124,000 nucleotides of DNA from Hyalangium minutum (lineage in GTDB: Bacteria > Myxococcota > Myxococcia > Myxococcales > Myxococcaceae), in NCBI RefSeq assembly GCF_000737315.1, contig NZ_JMCB01000006.1:20001-144000 (forward strand), read 5' to 3'. The position numbers and the translations under genes are program-made. How positions within the stretch are numbered: position 1 is the stretch's first letter; each line of letters opens with the position of its first letter. Positions 84,401-93,669 of this stretch are shown here, one piece after another. The notes under the pieces were generated by a model. It saw only the letters and a program-made list of their open reading frames with translations. It made no database searches and was not told the origin of the DNA.

Positions 84401-85243
84401 CACGCCGGTCGCGGCCTCGGCGAGGGGACGCGCGTCCCGGCTGCGGACCTCCTCGGACAGCTCGCGCCAGGGCACGTCGCGGAAGGGGCCCTTGCCCGAG
84501 ACCAGCTCGTAGAGCACGAGGCCCAGCGAGTACACGTCGCTGCGCGCCGTGAGGTCCTCGCCGGCCCACGCCTCCGGGGACATGTAATAGGGCGTGCCCA
84601 CCAGCGCGCCGCGAGGGAGCGAGGGGAGGAACACGCCGTCCAGCGAGCGGGCGCCGAAGCCCGGGCTGGCGTCCGGGTCGAGCTCGGCGGGCAGCTCGGG
84701 CGGAGTGGGCGGTCGGCTCGGGCTCTTGCCGGGCTCGGCGGCGGAGGAATCCAGCAGCTTGGCCAGACCGAAGTCGAGCAGCTTCACCTCGCCGCTCTCG
84801 GTGAGCACGGCGTTGCCGGGCTTGATGTCGCGGTGGAGTACGCCGCGGCGGTGGGCGGCGCTCAGTCCTCGCGCCAGGTCCTTGCCGATGGAGAGGGCCC
84901 GCTCCCCAGACACGGGCTTGGCGAGCCGGTCCAGGCTGACGCCGCGGATGAACTCGGAGATGAGGTACGGCTGCTCCTCGAGCTGCCCCACGCGGTAGAG
85001 GGTGACGACGTTGGGGTGCTGGATGCGGGCAGCGGCCCGGGCCTCCACGAGGAAGTGGGACAGGGCGTTGGGGCCGAGGGCGGGGATGAACTTCACCGCC
85101 ACGGGGCGCTCGAGCAGCGTGTCGTGGGCCAGATACACCCGCCCCGTCCGCCCACGGCCAATGAGCCGGATCAGACGGTACTCGTCGAACTCCTGGGGAG
85201 GAGTCCACGCATCCGGGGGCGGAGAGGAGGCGGGAGAGGCCAC
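81419..85243 (-). CDS. Ser/Thr kinase - STAND (nSTAND1-like) NTPase - TM - PEGA - FGE/sulfatase-modifying-factor domain protein
   Basis: HRDIKPGN/DFG; NPFRGL.AF, GDSGVGKSS, MDQLEEL; TM; DMAGNAWEW and RGGSY. Confidence 0.9.
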   Translation of the reverse strand: MASPASSPPPDAWTPPQEFDEYRLIRLIGRGRTGRVYLAHDTLLERPVAVKFIPALGPNALSHFLVEARAAARIQHPNVVTLYRVGQLEEQPYLISEFIRGVSLDRLAKPVSGERALSIGKDLARGLSAAHRRGVLHRDIKPGNAVLTESGEVKLLDFGLAKLLDSSAAEPGKSPSRPPTPPELPAELDPDASPGFGARSLDGVFLPSLPRGALVGTPYYMSPEAWAGEDLTARSDVYSLGLVLYELVSGKGPFRDVPWRELSEEVRSRDARPLAEAATGVDPNLAAVIERCLRREPSERYSSAAAMLDALEQVGRDELSAGAIPEGNPFRGLQAFEAEHRALFFGRRREQRAVIERLKGEPFLLITGDSGVGKSSLCLAGVIPLIAEGVLEDGRKWKSARLVPGRRPVAALAAALAPVLEMEEEPLAQLLHTEPTQLARRLRAKLGAKDGLILYMDQLEELVTLSVPEEAAQAGLALGELAEGVTGVRLLATGRSDFLTRLTAVPGLGAELPRALYLLRALTPEEMREAIVGPARVKGVRFESEALVDTLVAATAATEGGLPLLQFALAELWEARDKAAEVITQAALDGLGGVSGALAKHADAAVDSLLPDQRVAARGVLLRLITADGTRARKTDRELVGADPRYRAALEALVRARLLVAREAEDGTSYEVAHEALVTGWKTLARWLAEAAERREVQARLESSAAQWERLGHTRDVLWGSRQLAETAVLDPGELTRREQEFLEESRRTVVRSRRARRALAAGFLLLLGLVYGSGRLRERMQLEEQVRTLLAESTRGLEQARGEREALVVERAEAFQRYGAGLKAEGEAAWTHAASRSAQVRQHFNAVAYGLERALVLAPDRGIVREALADYLYERALLAEQEGELATLPALLQRLRLYDVDEQRWSRWTAPALVTLEVEAPGAEVELLPLADDADLDEEPRTPVRFTSGTWKGTPVLPGLYQLTARAPGHVPASMPLQLTRGEKRLLKLPLLPEGTLPQDFIYVPPGPLRFGSSVDAMRDFLKTVPLHERSTAGFLIARHETTYQQWLAFLEELPEEERIRRTPGVKDSVGQLKLERVQGTWVLHLKPSPGSPEYVVREGAKLRYAERTQRAEQDWLRMPVTGINLTDAEAYVAWLARRPLSQGGVPGARLCTELEWERAARGVDGREYPHGPKLEVDDANIDSTYGQRSGGFGPDEVGTYPRSASPFGVEDMAGNAWEWTRNWWDSTKPVARGGSYYYGPNTARSANRDSSDASLRDLTVGLRVCATPPSGK

Positions 85244-85309
85244 GGTGGGTGCCTACGTGCCCGGACCTCGGCGATCAAGCCGTCCCGGGAGTCCGTACAC
85301 GCGAGGGGG

Positions 85310-85762
85310 CTAGGGCTTGTCCTTTGCCTTGCTCGGCTTGAGCATGGTGCGGATCTTGTTTTCGAGGTCCTGTGGCAAACAGGGCTTGGCGACGAACTCG
85401 TCGGCGCCGGCGTCCTTGGCTTGGTTCTCGCTGCCGGCGAGCACGTGGCCGCTGAGGGCCATCACGGGGATGTCGCGGGTGCGGGAGTCTCCCTTGATGA
85501 GGCGGGTGGCCTCCCATCCGTCCATGACGGGCAGAGACAGGTCCATGAGGATGATGTCGGGCTCGGCGACCTGGGCCTTCTCCACGGCCTCGGCGCCGTT
85601 GCGAGCGGTCTCTACCTGGAAGCCCGCGAACTCGAGGTACTCCGCATACATCTCCCGGGCGTCATCGAAGTCATCGACGACGAGGACGCGCTTCTTCGAG
85701 GGTGCGGACTCGGCGCTTGCACCCGCCTCTGCTGGCGGAAGTTTGGGGGCCGATTGGCTCAT
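85310..85762 (-). CDS. Single-domain response regulator (CheY/DivK-like)
   Basis: VVDDF, ILMDLSLPVMDG, FVAKP. Confidence 0.92.
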   Translation of the reverse strand: MSQSAPKLPPAEAGASAESAPSKKRVLVVDDFDDAREMYAEYLEFAGFQVETARNGAEAVEKAQVAEPDIILMDLSLPVMDGWEATRLIKGDSRTRDIPVMALSGHVLAGSENQAKDAGADEFVAKPCLPQDLENKIRTMLKPSKAKDKP

Positions 85763-86038
85763 GGCTCGGAGGGTCTCCAGCAAAAGAGGCGATAGGGCGA
85801 TCATTCTATACACAGACTGCACTCCGCGCCCTGCCCCCCCCACCCCCGGGGCGTACACCAGCGCGCGTTCGAAGTGTCCTGAAGACGACACCGCCCCCTC
85901 GGAGAGGTTCCAAGGAAGCAGTTCCGGGAGTCTCCCAGCGCGGACGCCCCGTCCACGGCGGCGGACGGTCAGCCATGGGCGCCGAGAGAGGCGAAGCCAC
86001 TAGGATGCGCGGCACACCTCCTGCACTTCACGAAGGGT

Positions 86039-87334
86039 ATGACCCCCTCTCAAGCCCTCTTTCTCTCGCTGTGCTTGTTGTCCTCCGCGTGTATCAGCCT
86101 GCCCGACATCGACGATTCGCTTCCTGGGCCAGATGGAGGCCCTCCCATCGATGGTGGCATAGACGGAGGAAACACGGATCAGACGCCTCCGACGCTCGTC
86201 CGCACCACACCGCCACATGGCTCGACCCGAGTGCCCGTCGACTCGACGGTGGAGCTCGAGTTCTCCGAAGCGATGGTGGAGAGCAGCTTGCAGCTCACCT
86301 CGGTGCCAACGGTGTCCTTCACATTGGAGTCCTGGGCCTCCGAGTCGAAGCGCGCCGTCTTCCGCCCCTCAGCGCCCCTGGCCCAGGATCAGCAATACGC
86401 GCTCACGGCCGAGGGCAAGGACCTGGCGGGCAACACCCTCACGGGTAGTCACAGCTTTGCCTTCACCACGGTGGGCCCTGCGCCGGACACCACACCTCCC
86501 ACCCTCGTCAGCACTTCGCCCACGAATCGAGCCTTGGCCCTTCCCAGAGACACCAAGATCAAGCTCACCTTCTCCGAACCAATGAATCGCGCATCGGTGG
86601 AACGGGCCTTTTCAATCGTATCGCCGATGGAGGCTCAGGCAGGGACTATGGCCTGGAACTCGACAGGCACAGTTGCCGAGTTCACTCCGGACACCTTGCT
86701 CCCCTACACTTCAACCGTCGCCTGGGAACTCTCGGCAGCAGCGACAGACCTCGTGGGAAACGCGCTGAGCCCAGCTTCATCGCTGTTCTACGTCGCCACT
86801 CAGCGGACCTACTCACTCACTCCAATGAATATTGGTAGTGAATCTCATCTATCAAGCACCACACCGGCCGCTCAGATCGTCCCCTGGAATATCGGGGACG
86901 ATGCATCAAACAGACCTCTCCAGGTATTTCTCTCTTTTCATCTGCAGCCTCTGTTCGACTCACAAGTGACCCGGATCCTCTCCGCCAGCCTGAGATGGCC
87001 TCATGTCGATCCTGGTATTTCCACTTTCGATTCCTTGGGCAGGTTCGCCGTAGACCTCGTGAGTTACCCCCCCTCGAACTCAAACGCTTTCACCACAGCC
87101 CCCATCGGGCAGCCTCTCTTCCTGACCTACCAGGATTTAGGCGGCGCCTCGGACATCACCACGGTCAATGTCACTCCCATGGTGCTGGACTCATGGGCGA
87201 ATCAGGCTTCCCGCTATGAACGCGCGCAGTTCAGGCTCAGCTTCGAATCCTGGACAGACCAGGACAGCACCCCCGACTTCCTTCAAGTCAATCCGTTTTA
87301 TCTCGTGCTGACAGTCACTTGCGAGCAACCGTAG
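86039..87334 (+). CDS. Lipoprotein with two Ig-like (Big_5) domains and a variable C-terminal domain
   Basis: Lipobox SAC, DGG linker, two DxTPPT...FSExM domains; visibly AT-richer 3' half. Confidence 0.75.
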   Translation: MTPSQALFLSLCLLSSACISLPDIDDSLPGPDGGPPIDGGIDGGNTDQTPPTLVRTTPPHGSTRVPVDSTVELEFSEAMVESSLQLTSVPTVSFTLESWASESKRAVFRPSAPLAQDQQYALTAEGKDLAGNTLTGSHSFAFTTVGPAPDTTPPTLVSTSPTNRALALPRDTKIKLTFSEPMNRASVERAFSIVSPMEAQAGTMAWNSTGTVAEFTPDTLLPYTSTVAWELSAAATDLVGNALSPASSLFYVATQRTYSLTPMNIGSESHLSSTTPAAQIVPWNIGDDASNRPLQVFLSFHLQPLFDSQVTRILSASLRWPHVDPGISTFDSLGRFAVDLVSYPPSNSNAFTTAPIGQPLFLTYQDLGGASDITTVNVTPMVLDSWANQASRYERAQFRLSFESWTDQDSTPDFLQVNPFYLVLTVTCEQP

Positions 87335-87375
87335 GACGCGGGCCGCATCTCAGGCTGCCCCTGCCGCAGTGACAG

Positions 87376-87417
87376 AAAAAAAACGCCGCCCCCCCGGAAA
87401 GGCTCCGAGAGGGCGGC
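87376..87417 (-). terminator. Intrinsic terminator
   Basis: GCCGCCC/GGGCGGC stem followed by T8 on the minus strand, 35 nt past the stop. Confidence 0.8.
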
Positions 87418-87452
87418 AGGACTGCGTTCAGCCCGTGTTCAGCGCTGCGTCA

Positions 87453-89108
87453 TCACGGCGCAGCGACGGGCACGGCGATCGGGGTGATCAGCGAGCCGTT
87501 GACGGTGATGTCGGCCGTCTGAGCCACACCCCAGCCGGACTCATAGGCATCGACGCTCGGGGTCAGCTTGCTGAAGTGGATGAACAGGCTGGTGCCCGGC
87601 TGCAAGGAGACGAAGGTCGCCGAAGGCGTCGCCGGCGGCGAGTAGGTGAAGGAGAAGCGGGTGCTGTAGCCCGAGGTGTCGAACGGGAAGACCGGCTCCT
87701 CGGCGGGAGTCCGGGTCGCGATGGGCTTGGTGGGCTCCGCCATCTGCAGCGTGAAGCCAACGCCGGTGCTGCGGCCCGTGGACGGATCGCGCTCGCCCGT
87801 CGCGTCACCTATCTTGCCGCTCCCGTTGAGATCCAGTCCTACATAGACCTGCGCGTACTGGGTCTCGAGCAGCGGCGTCATCACCTGGTTGAAGTTCACG
87901 TACACGGTCTCGAGGCGGTCGATGAGGCCGTTGTTCGTGGTCACCTCCTGGAACCTCACGCTCTCGACGGCGATGGCCGGCGGGCTGCTCAGATCACCGC
88001 CGAAGAACGCCACCGTCGAACCGGTGGTGAAGGGAGCGCCGCCGGCGAGCGGCACGGCGCGGATATACAGGTTGTACTCGCGGCCTGCGGACAGCGCCTG
88101 GCCCGGCTTGATGGTCAGCACCGTGCCGCCACCCGTCACGTCCCTGGAGACGGCCAGGCTCTCCTTGCCGTACTCGTCCGTCAGCCCCACCACCACCGAG
88201 CTGGCCTGCACCGGCTGGTTGAAGACGATGTAGATACCGTCGGTCGGCTTGACCATGTTGTGCTGCGGCTTGGTCTGGAGGTTGCCGGGCTGCAGCGCCC
88301 CCAGGCTGCTGTACCTCACCGCCAGGGCTTCGCCCGGGCTATAGGCCGGAGGCAGCCGCTCCGTCTTCACCGTGCCCTGCCTCACCAGGTCCGTAGCCGG
88401 GTAGTTAATCACCAGTCCGCCCGCCTCGTAGATGCCGTCGCCGTTGGTGTCCAGCGCGTTGACCGACAGCAGGTAGCTGCCGCCCAGACGGGACAGCTCG
88501 ACCGGCGAAGGGACCTTATCAAAGGTGATGAGACCGTTGTTGTCCGACACCGCCTCCACCACCACGCGGCTCGTGGTCGACTCGGACAGGCCGAAGAGCA
88601 CGCGGCCCGCGGGGTTCACGTCCAGCGTGCCACGCGCATTCGCCGCAGGGCGGCCATCCGGCCCGAACAGGTAGAACTTCACCGAGCCATTCAGCTCCGA
88701 CAGCAGCACCGGGCCAAAGCTCGCGTTGCCGTTGTTGATGGGCACATTGCCCGCGGTGCTCGGGACCACCGAGGAGGCGCGCAGCGAGGCGAAGCCGTCC
88801 TTGCTGAACGTCAGCAGCACCTGGGCGCCGCCCGGCACATCCTTGAAGATGAAGTTGCCGCCGGCATCCGTCGTCACCGGAGCCACCGTCGCGCTGCCGA
88901 TCGTCATCGTGACGTTGACGCTCGCCAGCGGCTGCTGCTGGGTCGTCAGCACCTGGCCGGAGACCGTGCCCTTCGGCGTCGCAGGAACCACCACCGATAC
89001 GTTGTTCGGATCCTGGATACCGTCCGCAATTCCGTCACCGTTGGCGTCCTCGGCACCACCGCACCCGGCCATCAGAAACGGCACGAGGGCCATTGCCAGC
89101 TTCTTCAT
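87453..89108 (-). CDS. Lipoprotein with carboxypeptidase-regulatory-like and Ig-like domains
   Basis: Lipobox MAGC, Ca-binding DANGDGIADG and DTNGDG, GTVSGQV...TDAGGNF. Confidence 0.75.
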   Translation of the reverse strand: MKKLAMALVPFLMAGCGGAEDANGDGIADGIQDPNNVSVVVPATPKGTVSGQVLTTQQQPLASVNVTMTIGSATVAPVTTDAGGNFIFKDVPGGAQVLLTFSKDGFASLRASSVVPSTAGNVPINNGNASFGPVLLSELNGSVKFYLFGPDGRPAANARGTLDVNPAGRVLFGLSESTTSRVVVEAVSDNNGLITFDKVPSPVELSRLGGSYLLSVNALDTNGDGIYEAGGLVINYPATDLVRQGTVKTERLPPAYSPGEALAVRYSSLGALQPGNLQTKPQHNMVKPTDGIYIVFNQPVQASSVVVGLTDEYGKESLAVSRDVTGGGTVLTIKPGQALSAGREYNLYIRAVPLAGGAPFTTGSTVAFFGGDLSSPPAIAVESVRFQEVTTNNGLIDRLETVYVNFNQVMTPLLETQYAQVYVGLDLNGSGKIGDATGERDPSTGRSTGVGFTLQMAEPTKPIATRTPAEEPVFPFDTSGYSTRFSFTYSPPATPSATFVSLQPGTSLFIHFSKLTPSVDAYESGWGVAQTADITVNGSLITPIAVPVAAP

Positions 89109-89245
89109 CGTCCCCACCTTGAGAGTTTTCTGAGAAGTTCACGCCGCGACACAGGGCGGCGACGGGACACTCTCCGACTCGGGGGGCGGACGTCAAGAGA
89201 GTGACAGTCGGATCAACCCAGGACGTCCTGCTAGGGTTTACCCAC

Positions 89246-89695
89246 ATGTCCGACGTGAACGACCCTTGCCTGGGGTGCGCCGTGGTGAGCGGCGCCACCC
89301 GCCCCGTGGGAGGCATCCTCGCCCGCGCGCCCGGCCTGGTGCTCCATGGCGTGGCCGGCCCCAGCCCCGTGCCCGGCTGGGTGGTCATCTCCAGCGAGCG
89401 CCATGTGCGCGGCCTGTACGACTTGGACGAGCCCACCGCCCGGGAGCTGGGCGCCTTCGCGGCCCGGGTGATGCGTGCTCAGCGCCAAGCGCTCGGCGCC
89501 GCGCATGCCTACGCCTTCGCCATCGGCGACGTGCTGCGCCACTTCCACCTGCACCTCGTGCCCCGCTACCGGGACACGCCCCCCCACCTGTGGGGCCGGG
89601 CCGTCTTCGAGGCCTCCGCCCAGGAGCACCTCCCCGCCGAGCAGCTGGAGGCTGCGGCCCAGACCCTTGCCGCGGCGCTGGCCTCCGAGTCCTGA
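89246..89695 (+). CDS. HIT family hydrolase
   Basis: CxxC at the N-terminus, HFHLHLVPR. Confidence 0.85.
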   Translation: MSDVNDPCLGCAVVSGATRPVGGILARAPGLVLHGVAGPSPVPGWVVISSERHVRGLYDLDEPTARELGAFAARVMRAQRQALGAAHAYAFAIGDVLRHFHLHLVPRYRDTPPHLWGRAVFEASAQEHLPAEQLEAAAQTLAAALASES

Positions 89696-89801
89696 GCCCC
89701 ACGGGCCGCCGCCTGCCTGCCCCCGCCCAAGTCCGGAGGCCAGGATTTCTCAGGGGCCCGTGGACCTCTCCCCTCGGGGTAGGGAGAATGCCGACTCTCC
89801 C

Positions 89802-92672
89802 ATGATTTCGCTTCGTCCCACCCTGCTCGCCCTGACCCTGCTGCTCGTGCCACCCCTGGCGCGGGCCAACAACACCGCAGACGAGGCGGATGTCGCCTTC
89901 GAGCTGGGCAACGAAGCCTATGCCAAGGGCAACTACAACGAGGCCCTCGGCTCCTACTTCGCCAGCTACCGGCTCGTCCCCAACCGCAACGTCCTCTTCA
90001 ACATCGCCCGCTGCTACGAGGCTCAGAACCGCTTCAACGAGGCCTACCGCTACTACAACGACTTGCTCAGCGAGGGCCTGCCGGACGACGACTCCGCCGA
90101 GGTGAAGCGCTCGCTGGAGCGGCTCCGTCCCAAGGTGGCGCTGATCCGCGTGGCCACCTCGCCCGAGGGCGCCGAGGTCTACATCGACCGCACGGACCTG
90201 GGCAGCCGCGGGCGCTCGCCTCAGACGCTGGCCCTGTCGCCGGGCCGCCACAAGGTCATGGTGAAGAAGGAGGGCTACCGTCCCGCCGAGGCCAACGTCG
90301 TGCTCACGCGCGGCCGCTCCGTGACGCAGAGCTTCGAGCTGCCCCTCATCACCGGCACCGTGGAGGTCTCCGGCACCCCCGAGGATGCCGAGGTCCGCAC
90401 CGCCCAGGACGGCCCTGTCGTCGCCACGGTGCCCGGCAAGCTCGTCCTCCCTCCCGGCCAGCACGTGCTCTACGTGCGCGCCCAGGGCCACGCGCCCGCG
90501 CAGCTCGTGGTCGAAGTGCCCGCCGATGGCACCGTGAAGGTGCCCGTGGCGCTCGGCAGCCAGGCCAAGCCCACGGGCCGCCTCGTCGTCACCGCCAACC
90601 GCGATAACGCCGCCGTGCGCGTGGACGGCAAGCCCGTAGGCTTCACCCCCACGGTGCTCACCCTCACCGAGGGAGACCACGTCCTCGAGGTGGAGAGCCT
90701 CGAGGTGCGCCCCCTGCGCCAGACGGTGACGGTGGTGGCGGATCAGGAGATCAAGGTCTTCGCCGAGCTGCGCTACTCCCCGCCTCCCGTGCGCGCCGCC
90801 TCCAAGGGCCTCACCTCCGTGGACGAGGCCCCCGCCTCCACCACCGTGCTCACCCAGGAGGAGCTGCGCGCCTTCGGCTGGCAGACGCTCGCCCAGGCCA
90901 TCGCGGGCGTGCGCGGCTTCTTCCTCTCGGACGACCGCACCTACAACTACATCGGCGTGCGCGGCTTCTCCCCGCCGGGAGACCTCAACACCCGCATCCT
91001 CATCCTCTGGGATGGGCATTCCATGAACGACGTGTGGGCCGGCCAGGGCTACGCGGGGCATGACCTCTCGGTGAATCTGGAGGAGGTGGAGCGCATCGAG
91101 GTGGTCCGCGGCCCGGGCAGCGCGCTCTACGGCACGGGCGCCTTCTTCGCCGTCATCAACGTGGTGCCGCGTGAGTCCCTGGGCGTGCAGAAGCACGTGG
91201 AGGTGACGGGCACGGTGGGAGCGCTGGGGACACTGGGAGTGAACGCCGCGGCGGCCTGGGAGGGCGGCCAGGACCGCTCCGTGCTGGTGTCCGCGGCGCT
91301 GGTGCACGCCACGGGCGCCGAGACGACGCTGCTGGACCCTACCACCCGGGTGGTGGGGCTCGACGGCGAGCGCGCCCTGAGCGGCTCCGTGTACGCGCGC
91401 CTCGGCCACCTCACCCTCATGGGCCGCCTCAACAGCCGCGTGAAGGCCATCCCCACCGGCCCCTTCGGCAGCGCCATTGGCGTGGAGGGCACCCAGTCGT
91501 TGGACACGCGCGGCTTCCTCGAGGCGCGCTATGAGCGGCCCCTGAGCGACACCCTCCAGCTCTCCCTGCGGGGCTCGTTCGACCTGAGCCGCTACCGCGG
91601 CGACCGGGCCTATGAAGTCAACGGCGGAGAGAGCTACAACCTGGAGAGCGAGGGCGGCCGCGCCGACTGGGTCTCCGCCGAAGCGCGCCTGCGCATGGCC
91701 GTGTTCGACGGCAACGCCCTCACCCTGGGCCTGGAGGGCCAGGGCCAGCTCCGGGTGGAGCAGGAGACGTACGGCCTGAACGGCGGCATCCCGCTGCCCA
91801 CCAAGACGCGCACGCTGCTGTCGCTCTACCTGATGGACGAGTGGCGCCTGCACCCGCGGCTGAGCCTGTCCGCGGGCCTGCGCGTGGACAAGTACCTGGA
91901 CCTGGACGCCATTCCCATCACCCCGCGCCTGGCCCTCATCGCCCGGCCCTACACCGCGGGCCTCACCAAGCTCGTCGCCGGCCGCGCCTTCCGCGCCCCC
92001 AACGTCTACGAGCTGTTCTACGAGGACAAGCTGGAGACGCAGCGGCCCGCCGAGGGGCTGGATCCGGAGACCATCACCACCTTCGAGGTGGAGCACTCGC
92101 ACGACCTGACGGACGAGCTGCGCCTCACCGTGGCGGGCTACCACAACCGCATCTCCAACCTGGTGACGCTGGCCACGGACGCACTGCCCCAGCCCCAGTG
92201 CGGCACCCCTACCGAACCCGCGCAGTGCTTCGTGTTCGCCAACAGCGCCACGGAGACGCTCGCGTGGGGCGCGGAGGCCGGCGTGCACTGGCAGCCCGGC
92301 CGCTTCCTGCTGGTGGACCTGAGCTACTCCTACGTCACCCTGCGCCACGTGCTCGACGAGGTCCGCGACGCCAAGCCCGCCCACATCGTCTCGGGCCGGA
92401 TGATGCTGCCGCTGGGCACGGGCGAGGTGCGGCTGGCCACGCAGGCCACCTACCAGAGCGCGCGCAACGGCGACTCGGACGGCACCAAGATTGGCGAGGC
92501 GCTGCTCATCGCGCTGGGCGTCTCGGGCGAGTACTCGCGCTTCCGCTACTTCGCGGGCGTGCAGAACCTGCTGGACGAGCAGTATGTGCTGCCGGTGAAC
92601 TCGGAGACCTCGGCGCGGCCCGTCCCCCAGTACGGCCGCACCTTCACCCTGCAGCTGACGGGCTCCTACTGA
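89802..92672 (+). CDS. TonB-dependent receptor with N-terminal TPR and PEGA domains
   Basis: Signal peptide, TPR (VLFNIARCYE), three PEGA-like repeats, plug IEVVRGPGSALYG, barrel end NLLDEQY...GRTF. Confidence 0.88.
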   Translation: MISLRPTLLALTLLLVPPLARANNTADEADVAFELGNEAYAKGNYNEALGSYFASYRLVPNRNVLFNIARCYEAQNRFNEAYRYYNDLLSEGLPDDDSAEVKRSLERLRPKVALIRVATSPEGAEVYIDRTDLGSRGRSPQTLALSPGRHKVMVKKEGYRPAEANVVLTRGRSVTQSFELPLITGTVEVSGTPEDAEVRTAQDGPVVATVPGKLVLPPGQHVLYVRAQGHAPAQLVVEVPADGTVKVPVALGSQAKPTGRLVVTANRDNAAVRVDGKPVGFTPTVLTLTEGDHVLEVESLEVRPLRQTVTVVADQEIKVFAELRYSPPPVRAASKGLTSVDEAPASTTVLTQEELRAFGWQTLAQAIAGVRGFFLSDDRTYNYIGVRGFSPPGDLNTRILILWDGHSMNDVWAGQGYAGHDLSVNLEEVERIEVVRGPGSALYGTGAFFAVINVVPRESLGVQKHVEVTGTVGALGTLGVNAAAAWEGGQDRSVLVSAALVHATGAETTLLDPTTRVVGLDGERALSGSVYARLGHLTLMGRLNSRVKAIPTGPFGSAIGVEGTQSLDTRGFLEARYERPLSDTLQLSLRGSFDLSRYRGDRAYEVNGGESYNLESEGGRADWVSAEARLRMAVFDGNALTLGLEGQGQLRVEQETYGLNGGIPLPTKTRTLLSLYLMDEWRLHPRLSLSAGLRVDKYLDLDAIPITPRLALIARPYTAGLTKLVAGRAFRAPNVYELFYEDKLETQRPAEGLDPETITTFEVEHSHDLTDELRLTVAGYHNRISNLVTLATDALPQPQCGTPTEPAQCFVFANSATETLAWGAEAGVHWQPGRFLLVDLSYSYVTLRHVLDEVRDAKPAHIVSGRMMLPLGTGEVRLATQATYQSARNGDSDGTKIGEALLIALGVSGEYSRFRYFAGVQNLLDEQYVLPVNSETSARPVPQYGRTFTLQLTGSY

Positions 92673-93196
92673 TGAGTGTCTGGACAGAAGCGCGCTCGGC
92701 GGCTCGGGAACTGACGGACGCGGCCGTGCGCACGGCGTACCGCGGCGCGTACTCGCTGGCCATGGCGTACTGGTTCGTGCGCCGCCCCTCCACCGGTGGC
92801 GTCTTCGTGGGGGTGTGGCACGGCCGGCGCGTGCTGCTGCTGCAGAACTCCTACAAGCGCCTGTTCAGCATGCCCGGCGGCGGCGCCCACCCGGGCGAGT
92901 CCCACCTGGAGACGGGGCTGCGCGAGCTGCACGAGGAGGTGGGCCTCACCTTGAGCGCCTCCCAGCTCCGCACCGCCCTCGATGTCGTGCACTACGAGGA
93001 GTACAAGCGCGACCACGTCTACTTCCTGGAGGTGGACCTGGACACCGAGCCGGCGCTCACCATCGACCGCCGGGAGGTGGTCTGGGCCGCCTTCCTCGAC
93101 GTGGATGCCGCGCTCCAGCTCCCGGTGGCCTCTCCCATCCGCGACTACCTCACCGAGGCCGCGCGGCGCCGTGCCGCCCCCGCTCCCTCCTCATGA
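92672..93196 (+). CDS. NUDIX hydrolase
   Basis: Nudix box GGAHPGESHLETGLRELHEEVG. Confidence 0.88.
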   Translation: MSVWTEARSAARELTDAAVRTAYRGAYSLAMAYWFVRRPSTGGVFVGVWHGRRVLLLQNSYKRLFSMPGGGAHPGESHLETGLRELHEEVGLTLSASQLRTALDVVHYEEYKRDHVYFLEVDLDTEPALTIDRREVVWAAFLDVDAALQLPVASPIRDYLTEAARRRAAPAPSS

Positions 93197-93669
93197 CTCC
93201 CCCCGAGCTGCTCTTCATCCACCCCGAGCACCCGCTCTACCCGGAGGAGCTGGAGCTGCGCTTCCGCGTGCTGCGCGAGCCGCTGGGCCTGCCCCGCTCC
93301 GCCGTCACCTTCCCCTTCGAGGCCCAGAGCCTCCACCTCGTGGCGCGCCAGGGCAGCGCGGTGGTGGGCTGCGTCCTCTTCCACCCCGAGGACACCCACG
93401 GGGGCCGCCTCTTTCAGATGGCCGTCACCCCCACGCTCCAGGGACAGGGGCTGGGCGCGCGGCTCGTGGTGGCGCTGGAGGAGGAGCTGCGGCGGCGGGG
93501 CTTCACGCACGTGCACCTCCACGCCCGCTCCCAGGTGGTCCCCTTCTACGAGCGGCTCGGCTACGCGGTGTACGGCGAGCCCTTCGAGGAGCGGACCCTC
93601 CCTCACCGCCATATGCGCAAGACACTGGCGTCATCTATCCTTCCGGGCCCAAGGAGCCCGGAGGCATGA
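93193..93669 (+). CDS. GNAT acetyltransferase (ElaA/YjcF-like)
   Basis: QMAVTPTLQGQGLG...FYERLGY...PHRHM. Confidence 0.85.
   Translation: MTPPELLFIHPEHPLYPEELELRFRVLREPLGLPRSAVTFPFEAQSLHLVARQGSAVVGCVLFHPEDTHGGRLFQMAVTPTLQGQGLGARLVVALEEELRRRGFTHVHLHARSQVVPFYERLGYAVYGEPFEERTLPHRHMRKTLASSILPGPRSPEA

Noticed and set aside
86010-86025. Sigma-54-like CGGCACACCTCCTGCA
   Set aside because: Spacing is correct, but the implied TSS would be ~3 nt from the ATG and cut off the RBS.
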